Source: Mantamonas sphyraenae STR306 (lineage: Eukaryota > Protista > CRuMs). Taken from it: a stretch of 64,000 bases of DNA. Made by a program: the position numbers and the translations under genes. Below are positions 44,167-54,004 of the stretch, piece after piece (the stretch's first letter is position 1; the number at the start of each line of letters is the position of its first letter). Below the pieces are notes generated by a model, which was given only the letters and a program-made list of their open reading frames with translations, was not told where the DNA came from and searched no databases. The DNA lies in assembly GCA_026936335.1 (NCBI GenBank), contig JAPMXV010000012.1, positions 186,001 through 250,000 on the forward strand, written 5' to 3'.

Positions 44167-46857
44167 ATGGATCTGGCAAGCGTGGAGCAGCTCGACCTGC
44201 GCAGCGACCTGGGGGAGCTGCTGCAAGTGCTGGCGCACGACCGCAACGAGCTGCTGAAGCTGAGATTGCTCGTGCAGCTGCAGTCGCGTGCTGGGGATCT
44301 CGGGGACGTGGACGAGGTGCTGCAGGCGCTGCAAAGCCTGTTGACGCAGGAGGGCTCCGTCCCACTTTCGCAGCACTTTCGCTCGCAGGTTGTGGTCACG
44401 ATCACGTGTCTGCTCGTCGAACTCGATCTGGCCACACAGGAACACTACTTTGACTTTTTCAGCGAGTTTGTGGCACTGCTGCTGTCTGTGGCGGCAAACG
44501 AGTCGAAGCAGGACGCATCGGTAAACCGGATGCTACGCTCGACGGCATGCAACTGCCTGCAGGAGCTGGAAATGGCATACCCACGTGCGCTGCTTTCATC
44601 GTTGACGGCCGTGCTGGCGTTGATGCAGCAGGAGGACACACACGCGTATCAGGCGTATCTGTTGCTGCTGTCCACGCTGATTCCTCACGCCGTGCCGGCC
44701 GAGAACCCGAGCGAGGGAATCACAAGGCTTTCAGAAAGCGCACGGGAGAGCGCAGAGGCGCTTCAGTCGCATGGAGCCTTTGTGGAGCTGCAGAGCAAGG
44801 CAGGGACGGTGGTGGAGGAGGCAAACGAAGGACTGCGGGCAGACGTGCGCAAGTACGTGACGCTGCTGGCGCAGACACACAGCCGATTGACACCGTACGG
44901 CATCCTGGAAGTTGTAGGGCAGCTGCTGCGCGCACTGGCTCTTGTTGGGGAGCTGGAGGACGGAGTGGAGCCGCTGGTGGAGCACTTGGGCCCGTATCTG
45001 TACAGCAGCTCGCCCGTGCTGTGCCATGTAGTGCTGCTGCTGCCCAGTGCGAGTATGGACAGCAGCACGCGGATGGCTGTTGCGCAGCGGCTCTTCCATG
45101 TGATCAACGATCGGCACAGCGCGGCTCACGTGCGGCAACTGGCCCTGGACTGGGTGACGCGCTCGCAACAGCTGGACATTGGGCCGCGCGACTTTGCACA
45201 GCTGTACCCGAGGGTGTTTGACACGCCTGCGCTAAAGTACGCCAAACTGATGGCGCTAGTGGAACGCGTGCGCGGGTACGTGCTGCCGTCCGGGTTCCTG
45301 CGTGTGCTGCAGTGCGTGGCGGGCGTGGAGCGGCACCGGAGCAGCAGCGAGGCCGTGCTCGTGGTTTTTGAGTTTGTACGGCGTGTGCTGCGCGATTTTG
45401 AAGAGCACCGAGGGGCCGCCGTGGCATATGTGCGGCGGCTGGTGGTCAAGGCGCCGCAGTTGCACGCAAACGTGGTTGCGTTGTTGCAGGCACTCACAGG
45501 CGACGGGGCAGACGAGGCGGCAGAGGCGTTGCGCAGTTCGCTGTGTGACCTGCTGGCAAGCATTCCGGCACGGTCGTTTGGCCAGCACGTGCAGCTTGCG
45601 CAGTACCTCATTGTTCACACGCGCAGTGTCAGGCCCGGTGTGTTGCTCACGGCGACGTCTGACCATCTGGCGTGCTTGGACGTGCTGATGGAGGGGGACT
45701 GGGCACACGGAAACCAGGTGCTGGAAATTGCGCGGCAGGTGATGCTGGCAGAGGGGTCGTCACAGGTGTTTGGCCAGCTGCGAGAGATGTTGGAGTTTTG
45801 CGCGTCGCGGTACAACAACCTGGCGGTACGGGATCGTGCGCAGTTCTACCTGATGCTGCTGACGCACGTACCGCAAGACAAGTTGAAGCATGTGGTGCAG
45901 ATGGACGAACTGGAGCAGGAAGAACTGCTTGTGGCGCCGGGAAGGTCGACCGAGTCGCATCTGCTGCAAATCACAAACGTGAAGCCGTTCCTGACGCTGC
46001 GGCGCCTGGACACAGTACCAGAGGCACAGGAGGCAGAAGCAAGTGGGTCGGGCCCGACGAGCGCGTCGGTGTTCAAGGTGTACCAGAGGCATCTGCACGA
46101 CAGCAAAACGGTTGCGCCGCCGATTCAAGTGCACTACCAGCTCATGTACACAGAGACACTGCTGATCAAGCGCAGCATGAGCAGCTACCCGTCGCAGGTG
46201 TTCTCGCTGCGGCTGCACGTGGGCGGGCACGCGCAGTACGCCGAGGTGGAGGAGATCGAGGTGCCGCACCTGCAGCAAATGACGAGCGGGGCGCTGAACG
46301 AGCTGCGCTTTCCGTATGTTTACCGCGTGTGCCTCGCGTTGCGTCCTTTGGAGCCCGTGCCGGCGACGTTTGACGTGCGGGTGCTGTTCAACGACGCAGA
46401 GGGGCGGACGTTCACCAGCTGGTTGGCGCCGCTGGAGCTGCAGTTTGCAGACCTGTTTCTGCCTGTGAGCATCCCGCCGGGGGCGGCGGGAGTGGAACGG
46501 CCTGTGTTTTTGCGGGAGGTGTTTGACGAGCTGTGGGTGCGCGTGGCCGGCTCGTCGAGCAGCGGGAGTGGCGTGCGCACGGTGAAGCACCTGGACGTCG
46601 GGGCGCAGTTTCTGGAGCGTGTGCTGGACGACACGCTGGCACACTTTGAAGTGGAGGCTGGGGATCAAGCAAGCGCGCTGGAGGCGGAAGACGAGGAGGG
46701 TGGCCATGTGCGGTGCTTCCTGATGCTGCTGCCACCGCGGTCGCACCTGCTGGTCAAGTGCGTCGGGTACGAGACGCACTGTGTGGTGCGAATGCGCACG
46801 GACGACTGGCGAGTGATCCAGTTTGTGGACGAGTGGCTGGATGGCCTGGTTGGTTGA
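44167..46857 (+). CDS. AP5B1: AP-5 complex subunit beta-1
   Basis: LRSTACNCLQELEMAYP, WAHGNQVL, VRDRAQFYLMLL, LLPPRSHLL and RTDDW match AP5B1. Confidence 0.85.
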   Translation: MDLASVEQLDLRSDLGELLQVLAHDRNELLKLRLLVQLQSRAGDLGDVDEVLQALQSLLTQEGSVPLSQHFRSQVVVTITCLLVELDLATQEHYFDFFSEFVALLLSVAANESKQDASVNRMLRSTACNCLQELEMAYPRALLSSLTAVLALMQQEDTHAYQAYLLLLSTLIPHAVPAENPSEGITRLSESARESAEALQSHGAFVELQSKAGTVVEEANEGLRADVRKYVTLLAQTHSRLTPYGILEVVGQLLRALALVGELEDGVEPLVEHLGPYLYSSSPVLCHVVLLLPSASMDSSTRMAVAQRLFHVINDRHSAAHVRQLALDWVTRSQQLDIGPRDFAQLYPRVFDTPALKYAKLMALVERVRGYVLPSGFLRVLQCVAGVERHRSSSEAVLVVFEFVRRVLRDFEEHRGAAVAYVRRLVVKAPQLHANVVALLQALTGDGADEAAEALRSSLCDLLASIPARSFGQHVQLAQYLIVHTRSVRPGVLLTATSDHLACLDVLMEGDWAHGNQVLEIARQVMLAEGSSQVFGQLREMLEFCASRYNNLAVRDRAQFYLMLLTHVPQDKLKHVVQMDELEQEELLVAPGRSTESHLLQITNVKPFLTLRRLDTVPEAQEAEASGSGPTSASVFKVYQRHLHDSKTVAPPIQVHYQLMYTETLLIKRSMSSYPSQVFSLRLHVGGHAQYAEVEEIEVPHLQQMTSGALNELRFPYVYRVCLALRPLEPVPATFDVRVLFNDAEGRTFTSWLAPLELQFADLFLPVSIPPGAAGVERPVFLREVFDELWVRVAGSSSSGSGVRTVKHLDVGAQFLERVLDDTLAHFEVEAGDQASALEAEDEEGGHVRCFLMLLPPRSHLLVKCVGYETHCVVRMRTDDWRVIQFVDEWLDGLVG

Positions 46858-46911
46858 TGAGGGCGGGTGACGCGCGCACTGGGGCAGGCAAGCGAAACCG
46901 TCCAGACGAAA

Positions 46912-49900
46912 ATGCACATCAAATACATTGAGCTGAACGGCTTTCGCACATACAGTGGCACGAAGCGTGCTGAGGACCTCAGCGAGGGGTTGAACTGCGT
47001 GGTGGGGCGGAATGGGAGTGGCAAGAGCAACTTTTTCTTGGGTGAGTGATCAGGAACGGCGTGCGCACGGGTTGAAACGCGGCTGACACGGACGGGGCAC
47101 GGATGCACACAGCCATTGCGTTTGCGCTGGGTGACGCCAAAACCAAGACGCGGCGCGAAGTCGACCGTTTGAAGTACTTGCACGTAGGTTTGGAGTGTGG
47201 CCGTGCGGGAAAGGCCGGTGGCGCGAGTCAGGAATGCCAGATGCTGACATCTGCACGTCACACAGCAAGGAGCGGGCGCACGCGCACTGAACGCATACGT
47301 CAAGATTGCATTCGACAACGAAGACCGTCGTCTTCCCGTGAGTTTTGGTGGGAAGGCGAGGGAGAGACGGGAGGAGGGCGGGTGGAGGGCGAATGGCGGG
47401 AAGGGGGTGATCATCCTGGCACTGACGCAAGGGGAATGGCGCGGGACGGGTTGGACGGGCGACGTACAGTACGACGAGGACGAGGTGACCATCCAACGCA
47501 CGGTGGGCAACAAGAAGGACGAGTTTTTCATCAACAACAACCGCGTGTCGTAGGTTTGGCGCGGTGCAGACGTGGAGCGAGCGAATTTTTGGCGCCAATT
47601 TTTTCCTGACACCGGGGCTGACACGAATCGGGGTGTGTGGGCGGCGGGAACAGGGCGCCCGAGGTGGCCAACATCCTGGAGACGGCCGGATTCTCCGACT
47701 CGAACGCGTACTACATTGTGGAACAGGGCAAGGTGGGTGGGAGGGCGTGGGACGTGCGCGTTGTGGGAGGTGGAGATTTGGGAGGCTGACACGCAAAGGG
47801 GCGAGCGTGCAGGTGACGACACTGGCGCAGATGAAAGCGGAACAACGTCTGGAGATGCTGAAGGGGGTGGCAGGCACGAGCGTGTACGACGAGAAGCGTG
47901 AAAAGTCGCTTGCGCTGCTGAGCCAATCGAGCAAGTCGTTGGAACACATCGAGGAGCAGCTGAGCACGATTGAGAAGCGCGTCACGGAGCTGGACAAGGA
48001 CAGCGAGCAGCTGCGGGAGTTTGAGAAGCTGGACAGCGAGCACACGCAGTTGAAGTACGCTCTTGCAAAGAAGCGGCTGGATGACAACATGGCACGGCAG
48101 GAGGAGCTGGAAGAGAAGCTGCGAGCAGAGAACGAAACAGTGGAAAGCACACGCGGGGAGCTTGCGCAGGTGCAGGCGGAGATGCAGGTTGTGGAGGAGC
48201 AGCTGAATCAGGTGGCGAGCACAGTGAGCAGCAAGAGCAAGCTGCAGCGAGACCTGGAAGAAGCGCGTGTGGCGATTGTGGACCAGGCGACAAAGCTGGA
48301 CCTGGAAATTCGGTCGCTGAAGCAGATGGTGGAGGTCGCGGAGGGCAGCGAAGAAGAGCGAGAGGCCGAGCTGGTTGCGCTGCAAAAAGTGGTGCGCAGC
48401 ACGCGCAGCAAGCTGGCAGAGGTTGGCGAGGCGCTTCGTACGGCTGTGGAGGAGGAGCGTGCGGCGGCGACGGAACTGCAGATGAAGGAGGATGCGTCTG
48501 CGGCTCTGTACGGCAAGACGGAGCGCGCGAACCAGTTTCGTACGCAGAAGGAGCGAGACACATACCTGCGCAAGGAGATCCGTAGCGCCAAGGAGCGCGT
48601 GAGCGGACAGGAGGCGGACCGGGAGCTGTTGAAGGAGAGCATCCGGGAGCAGGAAGGGGCGGTGGCGCAGATGAAGGAGGAGCTGTCTGGCGAGGAGCGC
48701 AAGGTGGAGCACAACAAGGCGCGCCTGGACGAGCTGAACCAGGAGTACAACCGGCTGTACCGCAAGAGGGACGAGGAGATGGACCACCAGAAGGAGCTGT
48801 GGCGACGGGAGCGGGAGCTGACGTCGTACGCAGACCAGCTGGGCCTGGAGCTGGGACGTGCGGAAAACTCGCTCAAGTCGCTTATTGGCAAGGTTGTGTT
48901 CAATGCACTGAGCACGGTGAACAAGCTGAAAGTGGAGATGGGCATCGACGGAGTGCTGGGCCCGCTGATTGAGCTTGTGTCGTTCAGCGAGTCGTACACG
49001 TCTGCGGTGGAGGCAGTGAGCGGGAACAAGCTGTTCCACGTGGTTGTGGACAGCGCCGACACGGCGGAGCGGCTTGTGAAGCTGCTGCAGCGCAACGAGC
49101 AGGGAGGACGCATCACATTTATCCCTCTGGACCAGGTGCGACACCCGACGCGTGTGGGGTCGGAAGGAGCCGGGGAAGACTATTTTCCTCTGCACAGCGT
49201 GCTGGAGTGCGACGACGACGTGCGCGACGCTGTGGATGCGGTGTTTGGGCGTGTGATGGTTGTGCGCACGATTGACGTGGGCGAAGAGCTGCTTCGTTCT
49301 GAGGAGCACGACTGCGACTGCGTGACGCTGGAGGGAGACAAGCTGAGCCGCAAGGGCTACCTGATGGGAGGATACCACGACCTGAACCGCAGCCGAGTCG
49401 TGCTGTTTGAGGAGTGCTCGCGGCTGAAAGACGAGATGGAATCGACGCGTGCAGAGCTGGAGGAGGTGAAGGCGGGAGTCGCGCGTGCGAGCCAGGTTGT
49501 GACAAAGCTGGGCGGCGAGATCGGCGCTCTGGACAGCAAGAAGAAGAACGTGATGGTGGCAATTGAGCAGAGCGAGCTGAAGCGGTCGGAGCTGGTGCGA
49601 CGCATCGAGCTGGGCGAGCGGGAGCTTGCGGCGCGCACGGAGCGGCTGAGCGAGCTGGAGGCCCAGTTGGCGCTGGACGCAAACCGAGTGGGCACGCTGG
49701 AGGCGGAGCTGGGCAGCAAGATGCGCACGACGCTGAGCAAGGCGGAGGAGGCGGAGCTTGCGACGTTGGCGTCTGAGATGGAGGGCCTGAAGGAGCGCAT
49801 GGTCAAGGCAGCGCGGGCACGGATGGAGGTGCAGATGGAGGCGAAGAGCCTGGAGGAGCGACTGCGAGGGAACCTGGAGCCGCAGATTGAGGCGCTGCAG

Positions 49901-51076
49901 AGCACACAGAACTCTGTGGACAACGCGGAGCGTGCGCACAAGCTGCAGCGGCGCATGGAGGAACAAGCACGTGTGGAGGCGAACCAGAGCAAGAGCGAAG
50001 CAGACCTGCAGGAAGTGAAGGCTGTGCTGGGGGAAGCACGTGAGCAGGAGCACGCGCTGCGTGTGGAACTGGAAAAGCTGCGGGCACGGGAGACGCGCAT
50101 GAAGCGTGTTGAGCAGGAGGAGGACACGGAGCTGGACGTGCTGCGGTCGCAGCGCAAGAGTCTGAAGGACAGCGCGGAACAGTACATGGAGGAGATCCGA
50201 GGACTTGGGTTTACGGGCACGAGCGCGGAGCAGTACATGGCCAAGAGCGAAAGCTGGCTGGTGAGCCGGTTGAAGGAGGTGAACGTGGCGTTGGCGCCGT
50301 ACGAGCACGTGAACAAAAAGGCGATGCAGCAGCTGGGGTCGTCGAGGAACAAGTACGAGGAGCTTGTGCAGCGCAAGGCCACGACGGAGAAGGAGCTGGT
50401 GAGCATCCAGCAGCTGATTGAGGAACTGGACGAGGCCAAGGTGGAGCGCATCGACAACACGTTCCGGCTGGTGCAGGAGGCGTTTGCACGTGTGTTTTCA
50501 GAGCTTGTGCCAGAGGGCGAGGCGCGGCTTGTGTTGGAACAGGCGGAGGATGGAGAAGAGGAGGAGGGAGAGGAGGACGGGATGGAGGTGGAGGACAAGG
50601 AAAACACAAGCGGAAGGAGGGGCGGACGAGGCGGGAGGGCCAAGGGCAAGGGCAAGGCACGGTCAAAGAAGCAACAGTTGGTGGACAGCAGCGTGCCGTA
50701 CGTCGGGGTGGGCATCGAGGCGGTGTTCCAGGAGGGAGCAAGTTTCGTGAGCATGGAGATGCTGAGCGGCGGACAGAAGAGTCTGGTTGCGCTTGCGCTG
50801 ATCTTTGCGATCCAGGAGCTGGAACGGGCGCCGTTTTACTTGCTGGACGAGGTGGATGCGGCGCTGGACCCGACGCACAGGGCGGCGGTGGCAAGGAAGA
50901 TTGAGCAGCTGGCGCGCAACGGAACGCAGTTTGTGTGCACGACGTTCCATCCAGAGATTGTGGAAAAGGCGGACAAGATCTACGGAGTGACGAGCGGCGG
51001 GAAGGAGAGCACGATTTCGGAGATTGAGTTTTCGGCGGCGGCGCAGATGATTGCCGATGATGAGGAGGGGGAGTGA
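46912..51076 (+). CDS. SMC3: Cohesin subunit SMC3 (5 introns, all in the first ~900 bp)
   Basis: VVGRNGSGKSNFF, VGNKKDEF (acetylation KK), YYIVEQGK, GRITFIPL, HVNKKA and LSGGQKSLVALALIFAIQ...PFYLLDEVDAALD. Introns at 47042-47112, 47184-47265, 47338-47469, 47550-47653 and 47733-47812. Confidence 0.96.
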
Positions 51077-51099
51077 GACAGGAATGGACATGAGATTGA

Positions 51100-53427
51100 T
51101 TAGGAGATGATGATGGGGAGGACAGAGATGAGGACGGTGAAGAGCAGGGTGAAGGCGACAGGGAAGGAGAGGGTGGGTGGCGACGAGCTGATGATGAAAT
51201 CGATGCACTTTTGGGCGCCTTTGGCCTGTGTGGACTGTCCAGGAGGGCAGATTGTGCACACGGTGGAGTTTGTGGTGCTTGTGAAAGTGCCCTCGAGGCA
51301 AAGGGTGCAGGATGAAGAAGGGGTGGAGGAGAAAGAGCCTGCCGGGCACGGGTAGCACTGAGTGGAGTTGGGTGGGCTGAAGGAGCCGGATGGGCAGGTG
51401 TGGCAGCCGGTGGAGTTGGCAAAGGAGCCTGCAGGGCACGGGGTGCATGAGGTGGAGCTGGGTGGGCTGTAGGAGCCGGATGGGCAGGTGTGGCAGCCGG
51501 TGGAGTTGGCGAAGGAGCCTGCAGGGCACGAAGGGTGCATGAGAGGTGGAGCTGGGTGGGCTGAAGGAGCCGGATGGGCAGGTGTGGCAGCCGGTGGAGT
51601 TGGCGAAGGAGCCTGCAGGGCACGGGGTGCATGAGGTGGAGCTGGGTGGGCTGTAGGAGCCGGATGGGCAGGTGTGGCAGCCGGTGGAGTTGGCAAAGGA
51701 GCCTGCAGGGCACGGGGTGCATGAGGTGGAGCTGGGTGGGCTGAAGGAGCCGGATGGGCAGGCGTGGCAGCCGGTGGAGTTGGCGAAGGAGCCTGCAGGG
51801 CACGGGGTGCATGAGGTGGAGCTGGGTGGGCTGAAGGAGCCGGATGGGCAGGTGTGGCAGCCGGTGGAGTTGGCGAAGGAGCCTGCAGGGCACGGGGTGC
51901 ATGAGGTGGAGCTGGGTGGGCTGAAGGAGCCGGATGGGCAGGTGTGGCAGCCGGTGGAGTTGGCGAAGGAGCCTGCAGGGCACGGGGTGCATGAGGTGGA
52001 GCTGGGTGGGCTGTAGGAGCCGGATGGGCAGGTGTGGCAGCCGGTGGAGTTGGCGAAGGAGCCTGCAGGGCACGGGGTGCATGAGGTGGAGCTGGGTGGG
52101 CTGTAGGAGCCGGATGGGCAGGCGTGGCAGCCGGTGGAGTTGGCAAAGGAGCCTGCGGCGCACATCACACAAGGGGCGATTGCAGACGCTGAAAAGCTTC
52201 CCAGAATGCACTGTGGAGTTGAAAAGAGGATAAAGTCCGTTGCACCCGCGTTTGTGTAGCCAGGGAATGCTCCTTCGGTGTTGCCCGACAAATGCACGGT
52301 TCCCGAGGGCGAAACAGCCACCGAGTGGCCAATCTCGTTGAAACTTGTACCGATCAGGGTTGTCCATGACAGTGTACTGTTGAACGTCCAGCTCTGGAGA
52401 AAGGCGTCGGTGCCGCCAGCGTTCGTCTGGCCGTCGAGAGAACCGCTTGCGGATCCGGCCACGTACACAACACCCGCGTTGGACACCTTGACACTGTTGG
52501 CTGTGTCTGTCCCGCTCGAACCAATGAGTTTTGACCATGTTCTGGTTCCGTTTGCCTGGATGCTGCTCAGGAAGCCGTCGGTGCCGCCTGCATTCGTCTG
52601 GCCGTCCAACGGCCCGTTCGTGCTGCCCACAACAAACACGGTGCTTCCCTCCAGGTCGACAGCCACGCCAAAGCCGTAGTCGGAACTGCTTGTGCCCCAC
52701 TGAAGTGACCAAATCATGGTGCCGTTCCCATCCCATCTGGACAAGGCGATGTCCGATCCTCCCGAACCGTCAACATTGCCACACACGTACACGTCCCCAG
52801 ATCGCGAGACTGTGATACCATTGGCTGAATCAAAGCCACTGGTTCCCCACAGCCGAGTCCACTCTTTGGTCCCGTTCTCGTGGAATCGGCTGAGGAGCAA
52901 ATCGTACGAACCAGCGCTGCTCTGGCCATCCAAGGGACCAGATGCCCGCCCAGCGACAAATACGCTGGCGCCATGAACTGCAACGCCAGTGGCACCGTCG
53001 AATCCGGTTGTGCCCCACAGGCGTGTCCACAGTTTGGTGCCGTTTGTGTCGAATTTTGTCAGCATCAAGTCGTTGCCGCCCGTGAACGTCTGACCGTCGA
53101 CTGCACCGGCAGCGCTTCCAGCAACAAAAACGCTGTTCCTAGCACCGATAGCAACACCGTTTCCCGAATCAAGTCCCGTGCTGCCCCACATTCGCGTCCA
53201 CACCCGCGCGCCGGACGCGTTCAATCTCGTCAAAATGAAGTCCGCAGTCGAGACAAATGGTTGTCCATCGACTGAACCACCAGCAGATCCAGTGATGTAC
53301 ACGTCTCCATCAATGCTCACAGTGACGGCATTAGGGCGGTCCGCTCCTGAAGATCCCCACTGTTGCACCCAGTCGGCAGCCGCAAAGGTGGCGACGAGCA
53401 AAACAACAACGGTTGCCTGGAGGATGC
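51100..53427 (-). CDS. Cell-surface protein: SBBP-like beta-propeller + GCC2/GCC3-like Cys-rich repeats + C-terminal hydrophobic anchor (frameshift ~51531-51544; first exon not located)
   Basis: About 7 blades of W.R.WGt.G.D.a.gva...g.vyvaG, then CPAGSF...C..CPSGS repeats. Upstream CTGAC..GCAG looks like a branch point and acceptor. Confidence 0.8.
51335..52160 (-). repeat. 90-bp tandem repeat, about 9 copies (CPAGSFANSTGCHTCPSGS[Y/F]SPPSSTSCTP)
   Basis: ggagttggc[a/g]aaggagcctgc recurs every 90 bp; one unit is 94 bp. Confidence 0.97.
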
Positions 53428-53789
53428 TGCGTCAGTCAATGCAATGCACAATCCCTCCACATGTGTACAGAAATGATTGCAATGGGAAACGTGGAGTCTT
53501 GAGTGCGTGGCAACGCGGTGTGGTGGTGCTTCCGGGGAGGAGCCCACTTCCCGATTTGTCAATTTTGCCCAATTGTGGAATCCGCCGCAAAGGCGGAGGG
53601 AACGAATGCACGAACGAATAGGAACGTGGTGTGTGTGTGTGTTCAGGAGCTGGAGTCACCCTATGCCATTGCAGCAGTGAACAACCTACAATCTTCATGA
53701 AAGGTTGAATTGGGTTCAACGTCGCCGTGGATGGTGATCGTACTTGTCTTTTCGTCCGCACTGAGTGCCAACATGTGGCAACCACATGT

Positions 53790-53931
53790 GATGAATGGGG
53801 AAGAGAGGGAGGCGATGTTTGAGGCAGGTGGGATGGAGGAGTATGTGGAGGGGAGAGGGTGGGGAGGGTGGGCGACGCTGCCGGATGAGGTGATGGAGAG
53901 GGTGGTGCAGTGGGTAGGGAGGGGAGGGTGA
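53790..53931 (+). pseudogene. F-box-like gene fragment
   Basis: WATLPDEVMERVVQWV is an F-box start motif, followed shortly by a stop. Confidence 0.4.
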
Positions 53932-53959
53932 TTGGGGAGGGTGTGGGAATGAAAGAGGT

Positions 53960-54001
53960 GGTTCATTCGAGGCGTTGGCGTTTGGAGGAGGAGGAGGAGG
54001 A
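53960..54001 (+). repeat. Orphan copy of the 3' end of the 59150 gene (SSSSKRQRLE* on the minus strand); partner at 59147-59192
   Basis: ggttcattcgaggcgttggcgtttggaggaggaggag versus ggttcattcaaggcgttcaaggcgttggcgtttggaggaggaggag. Confidence 0.8.
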
Positions 54002-54004
54002 TTC

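Noticed and set aside
22767-50308. Long antisense ORFs (e.g. 22767-25304, 27416-29302, 29387-31147, 47711-50308)
   Set aside because: Shadow frames of GC-rich, codon-biased genes on the opposite strand, with no recognisable domains.
51335-52160. CRISPR-like array (also considered for 5151-5355)
   Set aside because: Units are contiguous with no unique spacers, lengths are multiples of 3 and coding, and there are no cas genes.
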